A stretch of DNA of 24,000 bases from Candidatus Nanopelagicales bacterium (GCA_038244965.1 JBBRSY010000008.1:17094-41093), one strand, 5' to 3'; positions 1-7,407 are shown, numbered from the stretch's first letter. Translations and numbers: made by a program. Notes: generated by a model from the sequence alone, not told the origin.

Positions 1-197
1 GCGATCAGGCTAAAAGCCGCGGTGTTAACTGCTTTGCCCACGGCCGACATTTGCGTCACGATTTCTTCACAAGTTCGCCCCTCTTCGAGCATGCGAACCA
101 CCGCACCCAGTTGACCGTGTGCTCGCTTAAGACGCTTTGTGATGGCGTCTAGTTGAGTTGGATCTGTGAGAACATGTGTTTGAGTTTTCTTAGCCAT
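1..197 (-). CDS. CsoR/RcnR-family (DUF156) metal- or persulfide-sensing transcriptional repressor. Only the N-terminal 65 codons are present because the 3' end runs off the left edge.
   Basis: Absent from the ORF track because it is truncated. My translation from the ATG at 197..195 is MAKKTQTHVLTDPTQLDAITKRLKRAHGQLGAVVRMLEEGRTCEEIVTQMSAVGKAVNTAAFSLI. This fits the family pattern RLKRxxGQLxGxxRMxEExxxCxxxxxQxxAV, including the first conserved Cys. A GAGAGG Shine-Dalgarno lies 7 nt upstream. A perfect palindromic operator lies 37 nt upstream. Confidence 0.8.
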   Translation of the reverse strand, partial: MAKKTQTHVLTDPTQLDAITKRLKRAHGQLGAVVRMLEEGRTCEEIVTQMSAVGKAVNTAAFSLI

Positions 198-234
198 AGT
201 TTTACCTCTCGATTGTCCTACTACATAACTTTAA

Positions 235-252
235 CATACCCCTAGGGGTATG
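235..252. promoter_or_regulatory. Candidate CsoR-family operator 1, upstream of the repressor gene (autoregulation).
   Basis: CATACCCCTAGGGGTATG is a perfect 18-bp palindrome with an ATACCC-N4-GGGTAT core. On the minus strand it is immediately followed by TAAAGT (TANNNT, -10-like). A second copy of the core sits at 2283..2298. Confidence 0.6.
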
Positions 253-264
253 AGTCAAATACGC

Positions 265-423
265 TCAGTGGTTACCTTTAAAAATCATCCTAACCATTCG
301 GAAATTGATGGCAATAAATCTCCAAAATTGGATGAGTAGATTTTTCCTAGCCCGCAGTGTCTTCTCCGTGGGCAGGGGAGCGCCAGCAATTGAGTCGTCT
401 TCGTTATCCACGCCATCCCCCAT
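265..423 (-). CDS. Possible 52-aa small protein with an acidic N-terminus and a basic amphipathic C-terminus. Speculative.
   Basis: Hand-translated as MGDGVDNEDDSIAGAPLPTEKTLRARKNLLIQFWRFIAINFRMVRMIFKGNH. It starts 18 nt after the sqr stop on the same strand and ends just before operator 1. There is no recognisable Shine-Dalgarno and I recognise no family. Confidence 0.2.
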   Translation of the reverse strand: MGDGVDNEDDSIAGAPLPTEKTLRARKNLLIQFWRFIAINFRMVRMIFKGNH

Positions 424-441
424 TTCTAAAAAATCGATGCA

Positions 442-1899
442 TCACTCGGGTATCAAAAACCAACCGAAACGTGCCTTAGCCTTGTAAATAAACATGACGT
501 GAAGCAAGTATTTAATCCAGTGTCCAGCAAGGCCAATCTCCCCAAAAGTATCTTCCGTACTACGACCTGTTCTTGGAAAGCGCTGATAATCCGGAACTAC
601 CGGGTACATCGTCATTGCCGCCGCGGTACCAGTTCGCATTCCAGAACCTGCTGACGCCACACATGCAGCCCCCATATTTGCCATAGAGGCTACGTGCGCC
701 TTTGAAGTCTCACCGTGTTGTATCCGATCACAAATGGTCAGCGCAACCGTCTTGCCCATCACGCCTGAAGGCATGCCCGTGCGCGGAGGAGACGGGGCTA
801 TCACAACGCCAGTTTCACTTTTGCGCGGTCTGGAAATTTGATGCGGTGGGGCAAAAGCGATTCCAACTCCAAAGATGTTCGCATAGAGCGGAGTTTGATA
901 AGTGCTCGGCCAATCTTCTGCCCGCCACTCTTCAAAGGGTTTGGGGCTGTAGTTGGCGTCCACCTTCATGAAACCACTTGGTGCGAACATCTCATTGGTG
1001 ATGTCCTCGCCTAGGGCGTTGAACGCCTTGAGATCTACCCCGCGAAAAGGCGGCAATAGCATGGCAAAGTCGAAGTTGAGCGTTTTCTTTATACCGTCGA
1101 GTTGCTCGTAATGTATTACCCCTTTTTCAATTTTTTCGACATGGGCTTGGAGAATCGCATGCACGTTGCGCTCTCGGAAGAGGGACTCAGTCCAAATTTT
1201 ACTCGTTGTTTCAAAGCCACTCTGGGTGAAGGTCATTCCTCCAACACCAAAATCGCCCAGCTCATACTCGTTGGTTAGATAGATAAGTGTGGCTAGCTCG
1301 CGCACACCTGCAAGAGTCAATTCATGCTCAACATTAAAGGTGTACTCGAAAGCCGCCCCTTCACACGTGCACGTCCCATGACCCACTCCGACTACCAGAG
1401 TTTGGGCGATACCCTGCTTCAATTTCGCAACTACATCTTTGAATTCTTTCGCTGCCTCGACGGCATGTCCCGGCGTACATACCGAAACGGTGTTCCCGTC
1501 GGGACCTAGTCCCGGTGTTGCTGCGAAATTCAATTTCGGACCTGTTGCGTTGATCAAATAGTCATATTCGATTTCTCCATGAGCACCAGCCTTCGATGGA
1601 TCCGTGTACGTGATCTCAACATAGCCACGCTTTCGAGTCGAATCGCCTTCAGGATGTAATGCCACAGCAAGGGCTTGATGAAATTCGATGCCCTTGCGAG
1701 TGTAAATGGGGGCAAGCGGAAAGGTCACTTGCTCAGTCGTCATTTTTCCGACGCCTACCCAAATATTTGATGGGATCCAATTCCATTTTGAATTTGGCGT
1801 GATGACTACTACATCGTGCGCCTTGCCCAATTTACGACGCAGATGCAATGCTGCCGTGTGACCGGAAATCCCTGCGCCTAAGACAACTACGCGAGCCAC
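442..1899 (-). CDS. sqr: Sulfide:quinone oxidoreductase-like FAD-dependent pyridine nucleotide-disulfide oxidoreductase.
   Basis: 485-aa ORF. It has an N-terminal Rossmann motif (VVVLGAGISGHTAA), candidate redox cysteines in GHGTCTCEGAAFEY and MGAACVASAG, and an amphipathic C-terminal tail (HWIKYLLHVMFIYKAKARFGWF). Its neighbours are a CsoR-family repressor, a thioredoxin and a DUF2892 protein. Confidence 0.7.
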   Translation of the reverse strand: MARVVVLGAGISGHTAALHLRRKLGKAHDVVVITPNSKWNWIPSNIWVGVGKMTTEQVTFPLAPIYTRKGIEFHQALAVALHPEGDSTRKRGYVEITYTDPSKAGAHGEIEYDYLINATGPKLNFAATPGLGPDGNTVSVCTPGHAVEAAKEFKDVVAKLKQGIAQTLVVGVGHGTCTCEGAAFEYTFNVEHELTLAGVRELATLIYLTNEYELGDFGVGGMTFTQSGFETTSKIWTESLFRERNVHAILQAHVEKIEKGVIHYEQLDGIKKTLNFDFAMLLPPFRGVDLKAFNALGEDITNEMFAPSGFMKVDANYSPKPFEEWRAEDWPSTYQTPLYANIFGVGIAFAPPHQISRPRKSETGVVIAPSPPRTGMPSGVMGKTVALTICDRIQHGETSKAHVASMANMGAACVASAGSGMRTGTAAAMTMYPVVPDYQRFPRTGRSTEDTFGEIGLAGHWIKYLLHVMFIYKAKARFGWFLIPE

Positions 1900-1924
1900 G
1901 AGAAGCCCTCCCCCCTATGGCAAA

Positions 1925-2284
1925 TTATTTCTCTGCTTCGATCTTAGTCCGAACTTCGTTCATATCGACCTCACGAAGTGCCTTTATTAATTGCTCCAAG
2001 CTAGGTGCCGGCAGCGCCCCAGCCTGATTAAAGAGCAAAATACCGTCTTTAAATGCCATAAGCGTGGGGATTGATGAAATTCCGAGTGATCCAGATAACT
2101 CTTGTTCGGCTTCGGTATCAACTTTCGCAAATACGATCTCTGGATTTTCTTGCGAGGCCTTCTCGAAGATTGGCCCGAACATCCGGCATGGACCACACCA
2201 GGCGGCCCAGAAGTCGACGAGCACAATGCCGTCGGATGAAATTGTTTTCTCAAATTGGTCTGCAGTTAAGTTGAGTGTGGACAT
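1925..2284 (-). CDS. trxA: Thioredoxin.
   Basis: The listed 228-aa ORF is trimmed to the internal ATG at 2284, giving 119 aa: MSTLNLTADQFEK...VDFWAAWCGPCRMF. This has the canonical WCGPC active site and a full Trx fold length. The upstream extension runs antisense through the DUF2892 gene. Confidence 0.9.
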   Translation of the reverse strand: MSTLNLTADQFEKTISSDGIVLVDFWAAWCGPCRMFGPIFEKASQENPEIVFAKVDTEAEQELSGSLGISSIPTLMAFKDGILLFNQAGALPAPSLEQLIKALREVDMNEVRTKIEAEK

Positions 2285-2298
2285 ACCCCCTAGGGTAT
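2283..2298. promoter_or_regulatory. Candidate CsoR-family operator 2, in the divergent trx / DUF2892 control region.
   Basis: ATACCCCCTAGGGTAT reads as ATACCC-CCTA-GGGTAT, the same 6-4-6 inverted repeat as at 235..252. It overlaps the thioredoxin ATG (2284..2282). -10-like TATGAT and TAGTCT (minus strand) and TAGACT (plus strand) lie at about 2296..2308. Confidence 0.55.
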
Positions 2299-2345
2299 CA
2301 TAGACTATTTCCACAATGCAAAATCGGCTAAATCGAGGGATCACA

Positions 2346-2567
2346 ATGAAATTCTCACAATTTATGGCAAGTAGCGTTGGGCGCATTCTCAGAGTACTAG
2401 CAGGAGCGACCCTTATTATTCTGGGCCTCACTATGCGTTCCGCTGGCGGATATGTGTTGGCCGTCATCGGCCTTCTACCTTTTCTGGCAGGAATATTTGA
2501 CGTCTGTATTTTTGCGCCACTCTTGCGCATGCCATTTATGGGCAAAGCAATCCGCGCGCATAAATAG
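2346..2567 (+). CDS. DUF2892 (YgaP-like) small membrane protein.
   Basis: 73 aa from the ATG at 2346, with a GAGGGA Shine-Dalgarno 5 nt upstream. The sequence is MKFSQFMASSVGRILRVLAGATLIILGL...LLPFLAGIFDVCIFAPLLRMPF, with two TM helices and the Cys-containing C-terminal motif typical of DUF2892. This family is often linked to rhodanese and sulfur genes. Confidence 0.75.
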   Translation: MKFSQFMASSVGRILRVLAGATLIILGLTMRSAGGYVLAVIGLLPFLAGIFDVCIFAPLLRMPFMGKAIRAHK

Positions 2568-2690
2568 GCAACTTTCCGAAGATAGATTGGTTTTAGGGTT
2601 GCCACTCGCAAAATCGCTACCAGTGCTATGCGGGGGACACCATTATTGGATCGTCGCCTAACAAGGTGGCTACGTGGTGGTTAGTCCTCG

Positions 2691-2718
2691 CTTCTCACTC
2701 TCCGAAGAGGTGAGGAAG
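2691..2718. terminator. Imperfect hairpin in a convergent intergenic region.
   Basis: CTTCTCACTCTC-cgaa-GAGGTGAGGAAG forms about 11 bp with two single-nt bulges. There is no U-tract on either strand. Confidence 0.3.
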
Positions 2719-2735
2719 AACGCGAACCATATGAA

Positions 2736-2780
2736 CCAAACGCGAGAGTCATAACCAATTGGTATGGCTCTCGCGTTTGG
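2736..2780. terminator. Long hairpin just downstream of the beta-propeller gene stop. Probable I-shaped or bidirectional terminator.
   Basis: CCAAACGCGAGAGTCATAACC-aatt-GGTATGGCTCTCGCGTTTGG has 13 perfect bp, then one G:U pair, 4 bp, a 1-nt bulge and 2 bp. It lies 16 nt from the stop at 2796. There is no flanking U-tract. Confidence 0.4.
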
Positions 2781-2795
2781 CTCACCTACAGAGTC

Positions 2796-3821
2796 TTATG
2801 ACAGTTTAAAGTTGGTTAATGCAGATGAAGGGATTAACTCTAATCCATCTGGATTATTGAGATACCCCGCCGCGGTCCCTGGCTTATGTGTATGTCCATA
2901 CTGCCAGACAATCTTCTTGCTCTTGGGGTCGACGATGATCACGCGATGGTTGGCATCGTCGTTTGCGATGATCATTCCGTTGGGAAGACCCGTTGCTAAT
3001 GATGTGTGATCAAGAGCCGCTGCTCCGGTTGGCTTATATTTCCAGAGCAACTTGCCCTTGGAGTTAAATTTAATAATCGCTCCAGGTTTGCTGAAGTCAA
3101 CCGTTACGTATACATCGGGTGATATTTCATTTGTGTCGGACGGATAAGCGATTCCGGGTGCGTGAACAGACCACGAGACTTTGCCCTGCAGGGACATCGC
3201 ACTAACCCAATCTCCGTTTATTTCTGTGACGAGATATCGGCCGTCGGCCATGGGAAAGGCACCGTTTGGACTTCCAAAACTCTTCGGAGGATTGTGGTAG
3301 CAACGTCCGGTAGTTCCCAGTTGGGTTGTCTTCCTCGTATTGGGATTTATAAAAAGGATCCGACAATTCTTAATATCGGCCACAATCAACCGACCATCTG
3401 GCAACATCATCGCATCGTCTGGATTGTTGAGATGACCTTTGAGCCGTGAACCCTTACCGGCTACGCCGTATTCGAACGTGATTTTCTTTGTCGCGATATC
3501 AATGATGGCGATCATCTGATGTTCTGACTCGGTTGCAATAATGGATTTGCCGTCAGGGGATAAAAAGACATCATCGGGGGTAGAAAATGTTTGGCCCGGC
3601 TTCAGGTCCCCCTTTTGCGGAAAGATCCAGCGCGACTTCCCATTTGGATCAACAACGACAATTCTGTTATTCCCCTCATCGGCAATCATGATGGGACCGG
3701 GGAGCGCTGAGGGGTCAGATTTGAAAACGGTCGCGGCATTGGCTGAAACCGTGACCGCTACCAAGGAAGCTGCCACGACCAGCGGGAGAGAAATTTTTGA
3801 GAGGAAGGATTTGATGATCAC
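2796..3821 (-). CDS. Secreted beta-propeller protein (NHL / arylsulfotransferase-like repeats). Function unknown.
   Basis: 341 aa with a GTG start. The signal peptide is LPLVVAASLVAVTVSANA|ATV. Six blade-like repeats are visible, for example IADEGNNRIVVVDPNGK, IATESEHQMIAIIDIATKK, IVADIKNCRILFINPNTRK and IIANDDANHRVIIVDPKSKK. LNNPD motifs precede blades. Confidence 0.6.
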   Translation of the reverse strand: MIIKSFLSKISLPLVVAASLVAVTVSANAATVFKSDPSALPGPIMIADEGNNRIVVVDPNGKSRWIFPQKGDLKPGQTFSTPDDVFLSPDGKSIIATESEHQMIAIIDIATKKITFEYGVAGKGSRLKGHLNNPDDAMMLPDGRLIVADIKNCRILFINPNTRKTTQLGTTGRCYHNPPKSFGSPNGAFPMADGRYLVTEINGDWVSAMSLQGKVSWSVHAPGIAYPSDTNEISPDVYVTVDFSKPGAIIKFNSKGKLLWKYKPTGAAALDHTSLATGLPNGMIIANDDANHRVIIVDPKSKKIVWQYGHTHKPGTAAGYLNNPDGLELIPSSALTNFKLS

Positions 3822-3902
3822 AAGAGATGAGAGTAACGACTCCCACGAAAATGCGCTTGGGTACCACCACTAGCCGTAACAATTGAGCTAACCGCCGACC
3901 GG

Positions 3903-5369
3903 GTGTTCTGGATGCCTTTTCTAGTCCTATACGCTGACGGTGTGAAAGTGCATCAAGAACTGCCCGTCATAATTCAAGGCGGAATGGGAATTGCCGTATC
4001 TTCCTGGCGACTGGCCAAAGCCGTCTCGCAAGCTGGCCAACTTGGAGTCGTTTCAGGCACAGCCATCGACGCTGTGATCTCCCGACGACTCCAAAATGGC
4101 GATGAAGGCGGCCACGTGCGACGAGCCCTCGCGTCATTCCCAATTCCAGAGATCGCTGAGCGAGTAGGCAAGAAATATTTCCGGTCGGAGGGCCGACATG
4201 GAGATCCATATATCCCGATTCCAAAATTAAGTTTGCATCCCTCGCCAGACGCGCTAGAACTGTGGGTGGTCTCTAATTTCGTCGAAGTTTGGCTGGCCAA
4301 AGAGGGTCACGATGGAATGGTTGGCGTGAATTTTCTGGAAAAGATTCAAATGGCGACGCCAAGTGCGGCTTATGGAGCAATGCTGGCGGGCGTCGATTAC
4401 GTCTTGATGGGTGCGGGAATCCCCTCAGAAATTCCTCAGTTGCTCAACCTACTGGCCGATCACGCAATTGGTTCATTAAACGTCCATGTTGACGGCGCTA
4501 CCTCTGCCTATAAGGAGACTTTCTATCCAAAAACTTTTACCGGAATTTCGCTGCCTCCACTGCGCAGACCAAAATTCTTGGCAATTGTCTCTGCCCATGT
4601 TCTAGCAACTTATCTGGCAAAAGATGAAGTAACTAGACCCGATGGGTTCATAATCGAAGGTTTTACGGCTGGTGGTCATAACGCCCCACCACGTGGCACG
4701 ATGGTTCTGGACGGAGATGGCCAACCGATTTTTGGGCCACGAGATGAGGCCGACCTAACGAAGGTAGCCAAAGTCGGGCTTCCCTTCTGGCTAGCCGGAG
4801 GACAATCCACTCCAGAACACATCGCGACCGCAAAAGAATACGGCGCTGTCGGCGTGCAGGTAGGAACCATATTTTCCCTATCGGAGGAATCAGGTCTGCA
4901 ATCCAAGATACGGATAGAAATGCTCGACCAATTAGCTTCAGGAGATCTCACAGTTAGAACAGATCCCTTGGCCTCCCCCACCGGCTTTCCTTTCAAAGTC
5001 GCAACGCTGCCTGAAACGCTCTCCGATGACGAGATCTATGAATCCCGACCGCGATTATGCGATTTAGGTTATTTGCGAGTGCCGTACGAAAGGTCACCGG
5101 GAGTGGTCGGTTACCGCTGTCCATCTGAACCCACCCACATGTATATTCGAAAAGGTGGGAACGAAGTAGACCTCAGCAACCGAAAATGTTTATGTAACGC
5201 GCTTATGTCCAATATTGGCCTGGGCCAGACACGAGCCGATGGCTACGCGGAGCCACCACTGATTACTCTAGGAGCGGACTTGAGCGGAGCACAGCAACTG
5301 CTGAAATCCCATCCCAATGGGTGGAACGCGACACAGGCCGTTGCCTACCTCTTGAAAGTAGACGCTTAA
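3903..5369 (+). CDS. Nitronate monooxygenase (2-nitropropane dioxygenase, NPD) family FMN oxidoreductase, long form.
   Basis: 488-aa ORF. PVIIQGGMGIAVSSWRLAKAVSQAGQLGVVSG is the typical NMO N-terminal motif. GFIIEGFTAGGHNAPP and WLAGG..GAVGVQVGT are TIM-barrel FMN-site-like motifs. The start is uncertain: GTG at 3903, ATG at 3912 or GTG at 3942. Confidence 0.7.
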   Translation: MFWMPFLVLYADGVKVHQELPVIIQGGMGIAVSSWRLAKAVSQAGQLGVVSGTAIDAVISRRLQNGDEGGHVRRALASFPIPEIAERVGKKYFRSEGRHGDPYIPIPKLSLHPSPDALELWVVSNFVEVWLAKEGHDGMVGVNFLEKIQMATPSAAYGAMLAGVDYVLMGAGIPSEIPQLLNLLADHAIGSLNVHVDGATSAYKETFYPKTFTGISLPPLRRPKFLAIVSAHVLATYLAKDEVTRPDGFIIEGFTAGGHNAPPRGTMVLDGDGQPIFGPRDEADLTKVAKVGLPFWLAGGQSTPEHIATAKEYGAVGVQVGTIFSLSEESGLQSKIRIEMLDQLASGDLTVRTDPLASPTGFPFKVATLPETLSDDEIYESRPRLCDLGYLRVPYERSPGVVGYRCPSEPTHMYIRKGGNEVDLSNRKCLCNALMSNIGLGQTRADGYAEPPLITLGADLSGAQQLLKSHPNGWNATQAVAYLLKVDA

Positions 5370-5407
5370 AAGAGCAGTATGCCAGCAGGTCTACAAAGGG
5401 AGGCGTG

Positions 5408-5833
5408 ATGAAGATCAGTGCATTGATCGCGGGAAAACGAGTGGAAACAATTTCACCAAGTGCCGGCGTACATGATTTGGTGAACTCACTTAATGTCCAC
5501 CACGTCGGTGCTCTCGTCGTCTCCTCTGACGGTCGCAAGATAGAGGGAATCGTATCCGAGCGAGACGTCGTTAGAGCAATGCCCGGCAAGCTTGATCAAT
5601 TAGTCGGCATGCATGTTCGAGATTTGATGACCGTGGATGTGGTCACCTGTGACGGCAACGCCACCGTCGCCGAGTTGATGCACATTATGACAGAGCGCCG
5701 GATACGCCATATCCCTGTCGTGGATGCGGAGCACAATGTTGTATCAATTATTTCAATTGGCGACGTCGTCAAAGCGCATATCAGCGAGATAGACGACGAA
5801 CGCAAAGCGCTAAGCGATTACGTAAATTCCTAA
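5408..5833 (+). CDS. CBS domain-pair protein.
   Basis: Trimmed to the ATG at 5408, which has a GGGAGG Shine-Dalgarno. 141 aa with two CBS repeats (VGALVVSSDGRKIEGIVSERDVVRA and IRHIPVVDAEHNVVSIISIGDVVKA). Confidence 0.85.
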   Translation: MKISALIAGKRVETISPSAGVHDLVNSLNVHHVGALVVSSDGRKIEGIVSERDVVRAMPGKLDQLVGMHVRDLMTVDVVTCDGNATVAELMHIMTERRIRHIPVVDAEHNVVSIISIGDVVKAHISEIDDERKALSDYVNS

Positions 5834-5845
5834 ATTACACCGCGC

Positions 5846-6826
5846 TTAAATATTGACATTAGACATATCGGCATAACGATCTCCTGCAGTTGCACCCCAC
5901 GGTGCCGCAGAATTAATTTCGACTAACTCTTCCGCACTTAATACGACATCAAGGGCCGCGATATTCTCATCCAGGTACTTGATCTTCTTCGTACCTGGAA
6001 TTGGCACCACATCATCGCCCTGAGCTAAAACCCAAGCCAGGGCAAGCTGACTAGTCGTGATTGCCTTCCTGTCAGCGATCACCTTCACTCGATCTAGTAG
6101 CTCCAAATTCTGCACGAAATTCTCCCCTTGAAATCGGGGATGGCGACGACGAAAATCACTCGAATCCAGAACATCGATACTACGAATTTGGCCTGAGAGG
6201 AAACCACGACCAAGTGGAGAATAGGCCACGAAACCGATTCCTAATTCACGAACCGTGGCGAGGACGCCGTTCTCTTCAATATCGCGCGACGATAAAGACC
6301 ACTCGCTCTGCAAGGCCGTAATCGGATGTACTGCATGCGCCTTGCGAATTGTCGCCGGAGCGGCCTCAGAAATTCCCAAATGGCGCACCTTTCCACTCTC
6401 AACTAGACCTTTCAAGGCACCCCACGTCTCCTCCACCGGCACTTTCCGGTCGACTCGATGTTGGTAGTACAGATCAATGTAATCGACGTTGAGCCGTTTC
6501 AGCGACGCATCGCAAGCCCTGCGCACATAATCTGGATTGCCATTGATGCCCAGGAAATTTCCCGCATTGTCCCGCTCATGGCCAAATTTCGTAGCGAGAA
6601 TCACGCTTTCTCGCCGTGACTGAATTGCTCGCCCAACCAGGGTTTCATTTGTAAACGGACCATACATATCTGCGGTATCTAAGAAATCTATCCCGCGATC
6701 CAGAGCATGTTGGATGGTCAACATCGCTGCCTTCTCATCGCGCTCTCCGTAAAAGTCGCTCATGCCCATGCAGCCCAGACCCTCTGCCGAGACCTCGAGT
6801 CCTTGACCTAGCTTTCTTCGTCGCAT
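5846..6826 (-). CDS. Aldo/keto reductase.
   Basis: 326 aa. Motifs include [34 protein letters not shown] and PIPGTKK, the AKR catalytic and cofactor signatures. Confidence 0.9.
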   Translation of the reverse strand: MRRRKLGQGLEVSAEGLGCMGMSDFYGERDEKAAMLTIQHALDRGIDFLDTADMYGPFTNETLVGRAIQSRRESVILATKFGHERDNAGNFLGINGNPDYVRRACDASLKRLNVDYIDLYYQHRVDRKVPVEETWGALKGLVESGKVRHLGISEAAPATIRKAHAVHPITALQSEWSLSSRDIEENGVLATVRELGIGFVAYSPLGRGFLSGQIRSIDVLDSSDFRRRHPRFQGENFVQNLELLDRVKVIADRKAITTSQLALAWVLAQGDDVVPIPGTKKIKYLDENIAALDVVLSAEELVEINSAAPWGATAGDRYADMSNVNI

Positions 6827-6828
6827 CG

Positions 6829-7407
6829 CTAACCCCGTTTTCTACGGGCCCTTTCGAAGCGAGCCCATATTCCTACCGCCCCTGCGGCAGCTATTAGAAG
6901 CATAAATCGTACGCCATAGCGCGTCCAAAAATCTTGGCCAACCGTTTTTGATATGGGTGGGGATGAAGCAGTTGGCGATGGACTAGGCGAAGCAGTTACC
7001 GCCGAAACTGATGGAGTTACAACAGAAAACTGATATGAACTGGCTTCGGGATGGCCATCACCTGATACCACCCGCCAACTCACGATGAACGTCCCCAATT
7101 GGCTAACCTGTTTGAGATCAACGCTCAGTGTGGCCCCGGAAACATGAGAATCCTGGGCGTCGATTTGAATACCTTGGGCATTTTTCACGATTAGAACGTT
7201 GATCTTTTCTCCTCCGATAGCCAGCAAATCTCCATCAAATGTGAGCGTTACTTGCGAGGGCAAAGAGTCAAGTTGCGAATTTACTGCCGGATTGGCGGAA
7301 ACAAGTTCAGCATGGGCCTGCGCCAAAGGCAACGGAAACCAGGTAAGAGCAGCGATTAAAATGAGGCGAATCACTTGTCTAAGACTCATGCACGCAAGAT
7401 ACTCCAT
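6829..7407 (-). CDS. copC: CopC-domain copper-binding protein with a C-terminal membrane anchor.
   Basis: The signal peptide ends LAQA|HAELVSANP, giving the mature N-terminal His typical of Cop[11 protein letters not shown] is also present. A Ser/Pro-rich linker ([12 protein letters not shown]) leads to a TM helix and RRKRG. The start is ATG at 7407 or 7389. Confidence 0.8.
   Translation of the reverse strand: MEYLACMSLRQVIRLILIAALTWFPLPLAQAHAELVSANPAVNSQLDSLPSQVTLTFDGDLLAIGGEKINVLIVKNAQGIQIDAQDSHVSGATLSVDLKQVSQLGTFIVSWRVVSGDGHPEASSYQFSVVTPSVSAVTASPSPSPTASSPPISKTVGQDFWTRYGVRFMLLIAAAGAVGIWARFERARRKRG

Noticed and set aside
305-487. Listed 60-aa plus-strand ORF (MMAINLQNWMSRFF...).
   Set aside because: It has no Shine-Dalgarno and its translation is low-complexity and Ser/Pro/Ala-rich. 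It runs 46 nt into the 3' end of sqr on the opposite strand. It looks like a shadow of the minus-strand sequence.
2285-2611. N-terminal 109-aa extension of the thioredoxin ORF (228 aa as listed).
   Set aside because: It runs antisense through the whole DUF2892 gene and across the operator. The translation is Arg/Pro-rich and not protein-like. A complete Trx fold begins at the internal ATG at 2284.
2568-2795. A tRNA or other known structured RNA gene in the largest convergent gap.
   Set aside because: I found no T-loop (GGTTCGAAT-like) or cloverleaf arrangement. Only two simple hairpins are present, and these are reported as candidate terminators instead.
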